This document shows positions 38,765-49,007 of a stretch of DNA of 64,000 bases, one piece after another. Under the pieces are notes generated by a model that made no database searches, had not been told where the DNA came from, and was given only the letters and a program-made list of their open reading frames with translations. The translations under genes were made by a program, and so were the position numbers. Source of the stretch: Candidatus Nomurabacteria bacterium. Its GTDB lineage: Bacteria > Patescibacteriota > Minisyncoccia > Phycocordibacterales > UBA918. Within the stretch, counting starts at the first letter, position 1. Every line of letters begins with the position of its first letter. The stretch is taken from NCBI GenBank assembly GCA_023898565.1, contig CP060228.1, positions 696,995 to 760,994 on the forward strand, in the 5' to 3' direction.

Positions 38765-40495
38765 ATGTTTGCTCGCTCCGTCTCAGGTTTGCGTAGCGCG
38801 TTGACAGTAGCAATATTGAGCGCCAGCCTTTGGCTGGCGCTCTTTGCTTTCGTTTCTGCCACTGAAACCATCACTTTGTTTACTTCTGATATTGAAATTC
38901 AGGCAGATGGAGACCTTTTAGTGACCGAAACAATTACGTATGATTTTGGCAACTCGCTGCGTCACGGAATATATCGTAATTTGAGTGAACGTCATTTTGA
39001 GATGCCAACGAAGTGGTATAAGGAACGATATACTTCATACGCAGTAATTTCAGTTACACGAGACGGAAGTCCTGAACCGTATACCACAGCCGAAAAGGAT
39101 GGTCTTTCAATCAAAATTGGCAGTGCGACGACTCAAATTCAGGGTGTACACACGTATGAGATTGTCTATCGAGTACAAGGCGCACTTTCAAATTCGACAG
39201 ACGGGCCAGAGTTGTATTGGAATGTAACCGGCGACGAATGGCAAGTAACAATGCAGAAGGTTTTAGCCAATATCACTGTTGCTTCAGGGGTGGCTTTGGG
39301 CACCAAACAATACTGCTATGCTGGCAGCTCCGGGACACGGACACAATGTAGCCACAATGCGCTGCAAGACGGCGTGGCAATTTTCCAACAAGAAAGTATT
39401 TCGCCAGGACAACAGCTTACTGTTGCGCAAACAGTGTCGTTGTTGCAACCTTTAGTGCCACTAGAACGGCTTAAGCTGGGTTTTATTCTTATTCCATTTG
39501 GTGTTATTGCGTTACTCTATACAGCCTTTGCGAGCTATCGGTGGCGCACTAGGTACAAAGGAAACACAACGGTTGTTGCACAATATGAACCATACGAAAA
39601 TTTCAAACCCATGTTTACTGGTGTGCTTATTGACGGTAGGCTTGATGCGAGTGATATTTCCGCAGGAATTATTTATTTAGCGCAGCAGGGTTTTTTGAAG
39701 ATCAGACAACAAGAGCACAAGATTTTATTCTTTACGGCCAAGGACTACGAGATTGAGCTTTTACGACCAAAATCTGAAGTTGAGCTTGCCTCGCAGGGAG
39801 AATTACTTCACTTGTTGTTTTTAGATGCAAATCAAGTGGGGAGTATTGTCTCTCTTTCTGAGCTTAAAAAAGACATGTCTAGACGCAGGTCAAATAGTAA
39901 AGTAATTAGCGAGCTTAAAAAATCAGTCGTGAAGGACATGGTCGATAATGGTTTTTTGGAGCAACGATTTCCTCGAGTGGCAGTTGTTATCAGTGTTTTC
40001 TTGGTTTTCATTTTCGTGCAGATTTCTGCACCGCTCCTTGCATCTCTGGGTACAAACACGATGGTCGTATTCACTATCGTGATTACACTCTCTGTCGTGT
40101 TGATCTACTTTACGGTTACGGCAGAACGGCGTACTGCACATGGCTATGAAGCATTGCATTATCTCAAGGGCTTTAGAGAGTTTCTTTCGGTGACAGAGGC
40201 TGAGCGGTATAAGTTTCACAATGCTCCAAGGAAATCACCTGAACAATTTATGGAGTTTCTTCCGTATGCAATTGCGTTTAAGGTAGAAAAGGAATGGGCA
40301 AAAATTTTTGATGATCTCACGATTCCAAATCCCGACTGGTACGAAGGTAATGCCACTGTTTTTTCCGCCTCAGCTTTTACTGAAGGTCTAGGTTCGTTTT
40401 CAACAACTTTTGTGCAATCGTCTGGTTCTTCTGGCTCGTCTGGCAGTGGTTCTGCCGGTGGAGGTGGCGGAGGTGGAGGTGGGGGTTCATGGTAG
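38765..40495 (+). CDS. DUF2207-like membrane protein with Gly/Ser-rich C-terminal tail
   Basis: 576 aa: signal/TM, extracellular beta-rich domain, about 4 TM, C-terminal SGSSGSSGSGSAGGGGGGGGGGSW. Immediately follows lemA, as is typical for this pairing. Confidence 0.55.
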   Translation: MFARSVSGLRSALTVAILSASLWLALFAFVSATETITLFTSDIEIQADGDLLVTETITYDFGNSLRHGIYRNLSERHFEMPTKWYKERYTSYAVISVTRDGSPEPYTTAEKDGLSIKIGSATTQIQGVHTYEIVYRVQGALSNSTDGPELYWNVTGDEWQVTMQKVLANITVASGVALGTKQYCYAGSSGTRTQCSHNALQDGVAIFQQESISPGQQLTVAQTVSLLQPLVPLERLKLGFILIPFGVIALLYTAFASYRWRTRYKGNTTVVAQYEPYENFKPMFTGVLIDGRLDASDISAGIIYLAQQGFLKIRQQEHKILFFTAKDYEIELLRPKSEVELASQGELLHLLFLDANQVGSIVSLSELKKDMSRRRSNSKVISELKKSVVKDMVDNGFLEQRFPRVAVVISVFLVFIFVQISAPLLASLGTNTMVVFTIVITLSVVLIYFTVTAERRTAHGYEALHYLKGFREFLSVTEAERYKFHNAPRKSPEQFMEFLPYAIAFKVEKEWAKIFDDLTIPNPDWYEGNATVFSASAFTEGLGSFSTTFVQSSGSSGSSGSGSAGGGGGGGGGGSW

Positions 40496-40531
40496 TTTAT
40501 TTTACGGCGTGTATAGTATTATAATTAGACT

Positions 40532-40915
40532 ATGTCAGAGATAAATCGTATCTACTACAACAAGCTTGTGCGAGATAATATTCCAGCAAAAATCGAGGCA
40601 AAGCATCAGACGTGCGAGATACGGAAAATTACCGATGTACAGGAGCTTCAGCAGGAACTTTTCAAAAAAATTAAGGAGGAAGCTGCTTCTTTGGCGATGT
40701 GTCGTACAAAGGAAGAATTTCTTGAAGAGTACAGCGACTTAATGGTCGTGCTCGATACGCTTATTCGACAACTTGAGGTAAGTAAAGAGGAGCTGATTGA
40801 ACATCGGCGGAATAATCTGCTCAAGAAGGGTGGCTACAAGCAAGGACATTTCCTTGTGTGGTCCGACGATGTGGGATATCGTTCAAACGAAAGTGTGCAA
40901 GGAATCCCGCTCTAG
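40532..40915 (+). CDS. MazG-like all-alpha nucleoside triphosphate pyrophosphohydrolase domain protein
   Basis: N-terminal YYNKLVRDNIPAKIE and downstream EE...E helix pattern typical of MazG/HisE-like NTP-PPases. Confidence 0.45.
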   Translation: MSEINRIYYNKLVRDNIPAKIEAKHQTCEIRKITDVQELQQELFKKIKEEAASLAMCRTKEEFLEEYSDLMVVLDTLIRQLEVSKEELIEHRRNNLLKKGGYKQGHFLVWSDDVGYRSNESVQGIPL

Positions 40916-40944
40916 CTCGTAGTAATGAATTGTAATTACTGTAA

Positions 40945-41841
40945 ATGGCAACCCTATATACCGAACAATCGAGAAATGTGACGAAGACGTTTATGTTAAT
41001 GGGCGTTTTCTTAGTGATGATTATCGGCATTTGCTACTTTATTTCTAGCTACGTAGGTAACCCGGTTATTCTGTACGTTGGTGCTATCTTTGCAATTTGT
41101 ACGAGTGTGGGGAGCTATTGGTTTTCTGACAAGATTGTCTTGCGCATGACCAACGCTCATCCCGTCGCCCATGCTGAGGCTCCAGAGCTCTATAATATTG
41201 TCGAAAACCTTGCTATCACTGCAGGATTGCCTATGCCGAAAGTGTACATAGTCGATGATCCTGCGCCCAATGCTTTTGCGACGGGGCGTGACCCAGAGCA
41301 TGCAGTAGTGGCGGCAACGACTGGTCTATTGCGTATTCTGGACCGTACGGAGCTTGAGGGTGTCATGGCTCACGAGCTGTCTCATGTCGGGAACCGCGAC
41401 ATGCTTGTTATGACGGTGGCGGTGGTTTTGGCTGGGTTTGTGGCAATTATTGCTGACATGTTTTCACGCGCGCTCTGGTTTGGTGGTGACAACGACCGTA
41501 ATCGTTCTCCCATTTTTTTGATTATTGGAATTATTGGAATTATTTTAGCGCCAATTGCAGCAAAGCTTATTCAGTTAGCAATTTCTCGTAAGCGTGAATA
41601 CCTGGCTGATGCTTCTGGTGCACTACTGACCAGATACCCAGAAGGATTAGCTTCTGCTTTAGAAAAAATTAATACTGCAGGCATACCCATGCGCAATGCG
41701 TCCACTGCAACGGCTCACTTATTTATCTCAGATCCATTTACTGGTAACAAGAAGGGAATTGGTCAAAAGATTGCCGGATTATTTCAGACGCATCCACCAG
41801 CTGAAGATCGCATTGCTCGGTTGCGTAACATGGGTTCATAA
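40945..41841 (+). CDS. htpX: zinc metalloprotease HtpX (M48 family)
   Basis: Four TM; HELSHVGNRD zinc-binding HExxH; downstream E in ISRKREYLAD. Confidence 0.85.
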   Translation: MATLYTEQSRNVTKTFMLMGVFLVMIIGICYFISSYVGNPVILYVGAIFAICTSVGSYWFSDKIVLRMTNAHPVAHAEAPELYNIVENLAITAGLPMPKVYIVDDPAPNAFATGRDPEHAVVAATTGLLRILDRTELEGVMAHELSHVGNRDMLVMTVAVVLAGFVAIIADMFSRALWFGGDNDRNRSPIFLIIGIIGIILAPIAAKLIQLAISRKREYLADASGALLTRYPEGLASALEKINTAGIPMRNASTATAHLFISDPFTGNKKGIGQKIAGLFQTHPPAEDRIARLRNMGS

Positions 41842-42851
41842 TGATGTTAATAAAAAACAACATTCCCGATGTTGCAACACTACATAACCGACTAGAGTCT
41901 GTTCTGGAGAGTGGCTTGACCGAGTTTTTGGAGCACACTAAAGATCGCCGATCTAAGGTGTATGCAAATGTTAAGTTTGTACTCGTTTCAGTTTTTTTCT
42001 TCGTGGCTATTTGGGTATTTATTTCAGTTTTTCTACTCTCAATTGGGACTGGCATGACATTTCAAATAGCGGTTGCGCTGTCAATTATTTGGGCGGCGAT
42101 TCTTTTAGTTAGCAGTCGGTCGTGGCTCCGAAACACTCGCCTGCTTGCTCGTGAGGTAAATATGGCCCTGACGCCGACGTTTTCGGCGGTGTTTGATCGA
42201 TTGTTTTTGTATACCCACAATGGGGAGAAGGCGAAACGAGTAAAGCAGCTGCTGACCGAATCGTCACTACTGACCACGGAAGGACTGTGGGTGACAGCCG
42301 ATGATTCTTTTGAAGTGTTTTCTGGAGAGCAGAAGACTGAGTTTCATGAAGTATTGGTAAGTATGCGTGAACCGAAAGGCGGTACTGGTCGCGATGCTGT
42401 AGAGACAGAAATCTTTAGAGGTATGTTGATGGTTACAAAGCTTGGAATACAGCATCAAGCCGAGACGTACATTTCTACCGATGGTGACCGGCATGGTTTT
42501 GCACATCAAAGTTTTTGGACAGTGGTGCTGGGTATGAGCAAGGTGAAAACCACAGAGTTGGAATGGAATGATTTTGAGCAAGTGCTGCATGTGGCGAGTA
42601 CAGATGGTCGAGCTGCTCGAGAGTTTTTAAGTCCTGAGGTTATGCAGGATGTCTATGAGTGGTGGCAAGAGCATAAGCTTAATATGCGGATAGCAATTAA
42701 GCACGATCGGCTGTATTTGCTTTTGCCAGAGGCGAAAACACGTATCGAGGCTAGTACTGCGTCAGCAAAGCTGTCAGAGATTGTAAAGTACGCCAAGACA
42801 CTCGCCAGGCCGATTTGGCGCGGGTTAGTGTTGGCTGACGATGTAGCATGA
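41841..42851 (+). CDS. hypothetical membrane protein (DUF3137-like?), start overlaps the htpX stop (ATAATG)
   Basis: Two N-terminal TM helices then a soluble domain. The family call is recollection only. Confidence 0.3.
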   Translation: MMLIKNNIPDVATLHNRLESVLESGLTEFLEHTKDRRSKVYANVKFVLVSVFFFVAIWVFISVFLLSIGTGMTFQIAVALSIIWAAILLVSSRSWLRNTRLLAREVNMALTPTFSAVFDRLFLYTHNGEKAKRVKQLLTESSLLTTEGLWVTADDSFEVFSGEQKTEFHEVLVSMREPKGGTGRDAVETEIFRGMLMVTKLGIQHQAETYISTDGDRHGFAHQSFWTVVLGMSKVKTTELEWNDFEQVLHVASTDGRAAREFLSPEVMQDVYEWWQEHKLNMRIAIKHDRLYLLLPEAKTRIEASTASAKLSEIVKYAKTLARPIWRGLVLADDVA

Positions 42852-42881
42852 TCATGAGGTTGGTGTAGAATGTGCTTGCCT

Positions 42882-42969
42882 GGAAGAGTGGCCGAGTGGT
42901 TTAAGGCGCACGCCTGGAACGCGTGTTGAGCGCAAGCTCTCGCAGGTTCAAATCCTGTCTCTTCCGCCG
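42882..42969 (+). tRNA. tRNA-Ser (anticodon GGA), long variable arm, CCA not encoded
   Basis: Acceptor GGAAGAG/CTCTTCC; D-arm GCC..GGC; anticodon stem CACGC/GCGTG with loop CTGGAAC; long variable arm; T-arm GCAGG-TTCAAAT-CCTGT; discriminator G followed by CCG. Confidence 0.8.
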
Positions 42970-42970
42970 T

Positions 42971-43483
42971 ATGATTAAACGAGAAGACAAACTGAGTATT
43001 TTATTTACTTTTTTAATCGGCTTTATTGCGGGTGGATATTTTTATATTTCTAATGTGGCTGGATTGGCAACAAAACTTGAAACACCCGATGTGGAGAAAG
43101 CTTCTAAGTTTGTAATTGTGGCCGATGTGTACGGCGGCTGTCGCAACACCTGCCCATCATTTCAAGTGCAAAATGATGGTTCGTATCGATACCTTTATAC
43201 ACCAGCTGCTGGTGCAGAGAAGATCATTAGACAAGGGGTTTTATCTCACGAGCTGATGGTACGACTGCGAACAGCGCTCACAAAAGAAGCTCTGCTGAAA
43301 GAGTCTGTAGAGATTGAGCCAGCAATTTGTAGCTCGTATACAGATGGGATTGATATTCTTTATGAAATTACTCTTGATGGTGAGGTGTTTTCGCTCGATT
43401 CGTGTGGGACAGATATCAATAGTGATGGGCAACTGTGGCAAGCATTGGCAGCCGTTTGGGATTTTTACGAACGAGGGAAATAA
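42971..43483 (+). CDS. hypothetical membrane-anchored protein
   Basis: Start moved to Met 42971 just after the tRNA (the listed ORF begins inside the tRNA). N-terminal TM. No family recognised. Confidence 0.4.
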   Translation: MIKREDKLSILFTFLIGFIAGGYFYISNVAGLATKLETPDVEKASKFVIVADVYGGCRNTCPSFQVQNDGSYRYLYTPAAGAEKIIRQGVLSHELMVRLRTALTKEALLKESVEIEPAICSSYTDGIDILYEITLDGEVFSLDSCGTDINSDGQLWQALAAVWDFYERGK

Positions 43484-43506
43484 AACGAGAAGTGCTGCGT
43501 ACATCT

Positions 43507-43547
43507 TCAAATCGGCCGAATTCCATTTTGGAATTCGGCCGATTTGA
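43507..43547 (+). terminator. intrinsic terminator with an 18-bp perfect inverted repeat
   Basis: tcaaatcggccgaattcc-atttt-ggaattcggccgatttga. Confidence 0.6.
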
Positions 43548-43641
43548 AACCTTAGCGGACCCTTTGGCGTAGTAATAGAGGCAAGGGAAGTCGCATCCTT
43601 GCAGTTTGAAACACTGATAATTTGAAATTTAGAAAATAACT

Positions 43642-44238
43642 ATGCAGTCAAAATCCTTACTTATTGCTATTGCAGCGTTTGCGGTTGCAACTACTGGTAT
43701 CTATGGATACACAAGTCCGAAGGTGTATGCGCGGGCGGGACTTACCGAAGAACAGGTTGAGGCGCTAGAAGAGGCGCAAGAGTTGCGTCAGGCAGGAGAT
43801 TACACAAAAGCTCGCAATCGATTAGCAAAAGCCGGCATTACCGCTGAAGACTTACAAGCTTTGTACCAAGCCGCACACAGCGCAAAGGCAGCCATTTTTG
43901 CATCACTTGAAGCAGGTGACTATGAAGCGTTTAAAGCAGCCATTGCCGATTCGCCATTAGCTGACATTGTCACATCAGAGGCAGATTTTGTACAATTCAA
44001 AGAAGCTCACGAGCTAAAGTTGGCGGAAGCACCAAAAAACACTGCTTCTTTAAGTGACGCTCCTGTGTCTGACCTAAGAGAAGATGCAGTGCGTTTACGT
44101 CATTCGCTCATTACGGAGTTTACAGCCGATCAACAGGCTGCGCTTCAGGTTGCGCGTCAGTCAAATGATCGAGCAACTATCCAAGCCATTTTTGATGAGG
44201 CAGGAATTGAGGATCACCGCCACGATAAGTGGCGGTGA
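43642..44238 (+). CDS. hypothetical secreted Ala-rich alpha-helical protein
   Basis: Signal peptide MQSKSLLIAIAAFAVATTGIYG; repeated (E/Q)A..A helical segments. Confidence 0.4.
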   Translation: MQSKSLLIAIAAFAVATTGIYGYTSPKVYARAGLTEEQVEALEEAQELRQAGDYTKARNRLAKAGITAEDLQALYQAAHSAKAAIFASLEAGDYEAFKAAIADSPLADIVTSEADFVQFKEAHELKLAEAPKNTASLSDAPVSDLREDAVRLRHSLITEFTADQQAALQVARQSNDRATIQAIFDEAGIEDHRHDKWR

Positions 44239-44321
44239 TACAGAGATACTTCACAACGATAATTCATACGTTACGCAAACAGGCGCCCTGACGGCGCCTG
44301 TTGTGTTTGGTATGATAGGTC

Positions 44322-44977
44322 ATATGAAAATAATGATTGGTGCAGTTTTGGTGTGGCTTGTTTTGAGTGGCACATCTTTTGCATTTGATGTCGCCACGAC
44401 AGAGGTGGCGAAGCCTTATGATGTGGTTAAGATTACACCAAACGAATATAGTCAGGTTGTTCACATGGGCACGTTGGACAGTTTTCCAATCATGTATGAA
44501 TTTACTCTTGAAGAGTCGACTGAGCTTTCGTTTCAGCTTCGAACGCTTGCAAATATACTTCCAGGCGGAGCGTTTTCACTGATGATTGTTCGTGAGAATG
44601 ATGACGGAAGTGGCGTGACTGAAGTTGCACGACAAATTGCCGGGAATAATAACTGGCAAGCGCATAAAGATCGTGTATACGGGCTAACGTTTCTTGATGG
44701 TGAGGTGTTGACGCTTGCGTATGAGCCAGGAACCTATCGAGTGGAGGTGAGTACGCCGGTCAATGAAGGGAAGTATTTGTTGGTGGTGGGCGATACATCT
44801 GATCATTTGGGCTATTTTGCTACTTTGAATCGAGCCCATGCCATTCAGTCTCATTTTGGCTATTCATTTGTTCGTCTACTTACTTCTTCGTACCTGTACT
44901 ATCCATTTGGCATTATCATGCTCTTGATTATTTTTGAACGCACGTGGAAGTTTAGAAACAAAATTAGTCGTGCTTAA
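44322..44977 (+). CDS. hypothetical exported protein with C-terminal TM anchor
   Basis: Start at MKIMIGAVLVWLVLSGTSFA (signal peptide); the listed 44084 extension overlaps the preceding gene. Confidence 0.4.
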
Positions 44978-45089
44978 AGCAATTCTTATAATCATAGCTG
45001 GACTCGTGTTATTTTATTTTGCGAACCTGGCTTTTCTTGGTGAGATGTAGACAAAACGCTATAAAGTAAGTATGCTAGCGATGTTCGTG

Positions 45090-45120
45090 GGCGGCGGCCC
45101 GAAGGGCCGCCGCCTTTCTC
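45090..45120 (+). promoter_or_regulatory. GC-rich hairpin plus T-run 37 nt upstream of typA (terminator of the upstream gene or a typA leader attenuator)
   Basis: gggcggcggccc-gaa-gggccgccgcc-tttct. Confidence 0.4.
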
Positions 45121-45156
45121 ATTTAGTAGTCCACGACGTTGTTAGTATTTATTTTT

Positions 45157-46941
45157 ATGTCACAAGAAATTCGTAATATTGCGATTATCGCCCACGTAGA
45201 CCATGGCAAGACCACCTTGACCGACGGTCTCATGGAATTTGCCGGAAACCGAGAAGAGGGAGCTTCTATGGATAGTAATGCGCTTGAAAAGGAGCGTGGT
45301 ATTACCATTTATGCCAAAAACACCTCGGTAACCTACAAGGACACCAAAATCAACATCGTGGACACGCCAGGTCACGCCGACTTCGGTTCTGAAGTGGAGC
45401 GTGTACTTCGCTCAATCGACTCAGTGCTGCTCGTCGTGGACGCACAGGAAGGCCCAATGCCGCAGACTCGTTTTGTGCTCAAGAAGTCACTTGAGCTTGG
45501 TCTTAAGCCGATTGTGGTTCTTAATAAAATCGATAAGCCAGCAGCCGATCCTGATCGTGCTGAAGAGCAGGTATTGGAGCTTTTCCTTGAGCTTGGCGCT
45601 TCAGACGAGCAGTCAAACTTCCCCGTGGTGTACGCGATTGGTCGCGATAAGGTAGCGAAGCGCAAGATGGAAGATGATCTCACTGATCTTTCACCACTCC
45701 TTGATACTATTCTCGAACACGTTCCAGCAGCGAAGGTATATGAGGAGGGACAGAATCTACGTGCGCAGGTGTTCAATCTCGGTTACGACAACTTCCTTGG
45801 TCGTCTCGCAGTAGCGCGTATCTACGAAGGCAAAATTGCGAAGAACCAGCCAGTAATCATCAAGCACAAGGGTGAAGAAACCAAGAAGGGTAAGGTGGTA
45901 AAGCTCTCTGGCTACAACGGTGTGCAGCAGGTAGAAGTGACTGAGGCTTTTGCCGGCGACATCGTGCTGATTGCTGGTCTTGAAGATATTAATATCGGCG
46001 ATACCGTAACTGACTCAGAAACCGCTGAAGCACTACCGGCAATTAACGTAGACGAGCCAACGGTAGCAATGCAGTTCTTGGTAAACTCATCACCATTTGC
46101 TGGTCGAGAAGGAAAGTACGTGACCTCACGCCAGATTGGTGAGCGTCTCATGAAGGAAATGGAAATCAACGTTGGTCTCCAGGTGGAATCGGCTGGTGGT
46201 GACGCGTACGATGTGCGCGGTCGTGGTGAAATGCACATCGCGATTCTCCTAGAAAACATGCGCCGCGAGGGCTACGAAATGTCTGTCTCACAGCCGCAGG
46301 TAATTATCAAGGAAGTGGACGGAGTGAAAATGGAACCGTATGAAGAGGTGACGGTTGATGTGCCGAGTGAATTCCAGGGTGCTGTAATTGAACGTCTCGG
46401 CAACCGCGGCTTTATCATGCAGAACATGATTATGCACGAAAACCAGGTGCGTCTTCTCTTTGAAGGTCCAACACGCGGTCTTCTCGGCTACAAAAATCAG
46501 TTTATTATCGATACTAAGGGCGAGGGAATTATCGCGTCACGTTTCATCGAATTCCGTCCATATTACGGCGAAATCAAGAAGCGTCAGGTTGGTTCTATGA
46601 TTTCTATGGCAACTGGCAAAGCGCTCGCGTTTGCGCTCTTTGGTCTCCAGGATCGTGGTGAGCTCTACATCGGTGCCGGAGCGGAAGTATACGAAGGGAT
46701 GGTGATTGGAAATACCTCAAAGGGTGAAGAAATGACGGTAAACCCAACGAAGGGTAAGCAGCTCACCAACATGCGTGCGTCAGGTAGCGATGACGCGGTA
46801 ACACTCACACCACACCGCGCCCTTTCAATCGAGCTCGGTCTTGAAATCATGCAGGAAGACGAATATCTCGAAGTCTGTCCAGTTTCAGTTCGCTTGCGCA
46901 AGCAGGGACTGAAGGAATCTGACCGAAAGCGAAGTAAATAA
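45157..46941 (+). CDS. typA: translational GTPase TypA/BipA
   Basis: [31 protein letters not shown]-motifs; about 595 aa EF-G-like domain order. Confidence 0.9.
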   Translation: MSQEIRNIAIIAHVDHGKTTLTDGLMEFAGNREEGASMDSNALEKERGITIYAKNTSVTYKDTKINIVDTPGHADFGSEVERVLRSIDSVLLVVDAQEGPMPQTRFVLKKSLELGLKPIVVLNKIDKPAADPDRAEEQVLELFLELGASDEQSNFPVVYAIGRDKVAKRKMEDDLTDLSPLLDTILEHVPAAKVYEEGQNLRAQVFNLGYDNFLGRLAVARIYEGKIAKNQPVIIKHKGEETKKGKVVKLSGYNGVQQVEVTEAFAGDIVLIAGLEDINIGDTVTDSETAEALPAINVDEPTVAMQFLVNSSPFAGREGKYVTSRQIGERLMKEMEINVGLQVESAGGDAYDVRGRGEMHIAILLENMRREGYEMSVSQPQVIIKEVDGVKMEPYEEVTVDVPSEFQGAVIERLGNRGFIMQNMIMHENQVRLLFEGPTRGLLGYKNQFIIDTKGEGIIASRFIEFRPYYGEIKKRQVGSMISMATGKALAFALFGLQDRGELYIGAGAEVYEGMVIGNTSKGEEMTVNPTKGKQLTNMRASGSDDAVTLTPHRALSIELGLEIMQEDEYLEVCPVSVRLRKQGLKESDRKRSK

Positions 46942-46943
46942 GC

Positions 46944-46971
46944 AAAAACCACCCGCTTGGGTGGTTTTTGC
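46944..46971 (+). terminator. typA intrinsic terminator
   Basis: aaaaaccacccg-ctt-gggtggttttt. Confidence 0.7.
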
Positions 46972-47016
46972 TTGGGCGAGTATTATACTTACGATATATC
47001 AAATAAGCTTTTGGAT

Positions 47017-47397
47017 ATGGAAGAACTACTTGCAAATATTACGTGGACGCCGGTGATGGTATCGTTTGTGCTGGCGTATGGTCTGGGGTGGTTGTGGTAT
47101 TCACCAAAGATGTTTTATGAAAAGTGGCGTAGCGGCAAAGGCGGCGAGGTGGTGCAGCATCCAATGTGGATGCCAATGACTGCTCAGGCGGGAAGTACAC
47201 TGCTGCTTGCAATTATCACCAACCTCGCCGCCAATGACGGACACGTTGGTCACGCCATCTTGGTAGCCATTACAATCGCAGGATTTATCAAAGCTAATGG
47301 TTTTTACGCAGGCAAGACACGATTTGCGATTGGGGTTGAGGTTGGATATATCATTGCGGTGATTTTTGTGATGGTGGCGGTCAATCTGGTATTGTAG
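47017..47397 (+). CDS. DUF1761-like small membrane protein (paralog 1)
   Basis: Motifs AYGLGWLWYSPKMF..W and 3-4 TM. Paralogous to 47975..48361. Confidence 0.4.
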   Translation: MEELLANITWTPVMVSFVLAYGLGWLWYSPKMFYEKWRSGKGGEVVQHPMWMPMTAQAGSTLLLAIITNLAANDGHVGHAILVAITIAGFIKANGFYAGKTRFAIGVEVGYIIAVIFVMVAVNLVL

Positions 47398-47540
47398 GGA
47401 TTGCTGATTTGCTTCGTCCTTTTGCGACATGCCTCCATCGTTTTCAAGTATCTTAATGCCGTACTCGGTACGGTTTAATTATTGACAAGGGATAGGCTTC
47501 GTCGTACAGTGTTTACCGTTCTTTTGTAAGGAGGTGTGAG

Positions 47541-47858
47541 ATGACTGTGCCGAGCGACATGTTTGAAAATACGCTCAGGTTTATTGCTGTCAACAATCTT
47601 CTGTTGTGGCATTTCGGACGCCGGGCCGATTCTCGTATTGGTAGCGCTGCTGAAGCTGGCTGTGGCTGGATGTATATTCCGGCTACGCAAGAAGAAGAGC
47701 ACCGGATGCTCACCGTGCTTGACCAGTTGCGCAGAGAGATTTTGCGCTGTGATGTCCAGCTGGTTGCCTGTCTGTTTGGCAGATCTGATATCTGCCCCAG
47801 TTTTGGCCCTGTGTTGCGGGTGCAAGTTACTTGGGGGCAGATTTTGGCACAAGCCTGA
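47541..47858 (+). CDS. small hypothetical protein (105 aa)
   Basis: Strong SD AAGGAGGTG 5 nt before the ATG; own terminator at 47882-47908. Confidence 0.45.
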   Translation: MTVPSDMFENTLRFIAVNNLLLWHFGRRADSRIGSAAEAGCGWMYIPATQEEEHRMLTVLDQLRREILRCDVQLVACLFGRSDICPSFGPVLRVQVTWGQILAQA

Positions 47859-47881
47859 GTTTTAACCATGCAGACGATACA

Positions 47882-47908
47882 AAAGGCGCAGTATGCGCCT
47901 TTTTTTAT
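47882..47908 (+). terminator. intrinsic terminator
   Basis: aaaggcgca-gtat-gcgccttttttt. Confidence 0.65.
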
Positions 47909-47974
47909 ATCTCCCATTTTCTCGACAGAAGAGTATACTAGATAGAGTTGTTTACTCGTTTAAGCCTAGCTTGT

Positions 47975-48361
47975 ATGGATCCGATTCTTTTTCACGTGGA
48001 TTGGGCCGCAGTGGTGGTGGGTGCAATCCTGGCCTATTTTATTGGCTGGCTGTGGTACAGCAGACATCTTTTCGGTGCTGACTGGGCGGTGGGAGTCGGG
48101 CTCGATACCGACTCCGCTTCTGCTTCGTATGGCGATGCTATGGTGGCGCAAGCCTTTGGCACTTTCTTGCTCTCCTGGGTGGTGGGTGTAGCAGACGCCA
48201 TCGACAATTACATGCTGGCGATTTTGGTCGCCTTTGCGGTGGCTGCACTAATGAAAGCACGTGGTTTTTTTATGAAAAACTCACGCTACGCGATTGCTGT
48301 TGATAGTGGATACGTTCTTATTGTCGTGTTTGTGATGGTATTGATTCAAGTTTTACTATAG
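47975..48361 (+). CDS. DUF1761-like small membrane protein (paralog 2)
   Basis: AYFIGWLWYSRHLFGADW with the same topology and length as 47017..47397. Confidence 0.4.
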   Translation: MDPILFHVDWAAVVVGAILAYFIGWLWYSRHLFGADWAVGVGLDTDSASASYGDAMVAQAFGTFLLSWVVGVADAIDNYMLAILVAFAVAALMKARGFFMKNSRYAIAVDSGYVLIVVFVMVLIQVLL

Positions 48362-48440
48362 GTCTTTTCTAGGGAGTGGTTGACTTCTGATTTCTACTTG
48401 GGTAATACTTGCGTAAGGTTGTTCTTTTCGGAGGTGCGTC

Positions 48441-48914
48441 ATGTCTCATGCGTTTGTTGTTACCGAATGTACTCGCGTACTCATTCGGAATGTTATATGG
48501 GGCATTGTTGACCACATTCTTAATCTCAAGTCGTTTGAGCGTAGAGTGTCGGTGACGATTTCTTTCCAATATCCAGCGAATAGTTTTGACTCTCAGAACT
48601 ACTTCAGGCACACCGAAACACTGCATGCAGGCCCGGTGCTTGAGGATCAGGTTTTAGAGAGCCTTCTCGGTGCAGCTATAAAGTGTGTAAATCCCTACGC
48701 TAATCCGCATTTTCACTGCAGTACTGTGCGTGGAATGACGGTGGCAGGTTTGTCTGAGCCTGATGTGCCACAGAATGCTCGTCGCGTGATGATTATTTCG
48801 GTATGGGCGCCAGGTGATACATCAAGTGTGCTTGCTCGTGACATCGCATTCCATGCGCCTGAAATGTGGGATGATGTGTTGCGGCTTTTGTATCGAGACG
48901 CTGGACTTTCATGA
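48441..48914 (+). CDS. hypothetical protein (157 aa)
   Basis: SD GGAGGTG 6 nt upstream; terminator at 48918-48943. Confidence 0.5.
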   Translation: MSHAFVVTECTRVLIRNVIWGIVDHILNLKSFERRVSVTISFQYPANSFDSQNYFRHTETLHAGPVLEDQVLESLLGAAIKCVNPYANPHFHCSTVRGMTVAGLSEPDVPQNARRVMIISVWAPGDTSSVLARDIAFHAPEMWDDVLRLLYRDAGLS

Positions 48915-48917
48915 CGT

Positions 48918-48943
48918 AAAGGTCGCCCGAAAGGCGACCTTTC
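48918..48943 (+). terminator. intrinsic terminator
   Basis: aaaggtcgcc-cgaa-aggcgaccttt. Confidence 0.6.
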
Positions 48944-49007
48944 AATTTGAAAGCCTTTGCCTTAAAGACAGGTAGTTTTAGTTGTTATACAACATAAGGA
49001 GTGTCTT

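Noticed and set aside
42923-42970. ORF start at 42923 (MLSASSRRF...) overlapping the tRNA
   Set aside because: The reading frame begins inside the tRNA-Ser gene. The start was moved to the Met at 42971 immediately after the tRNA.
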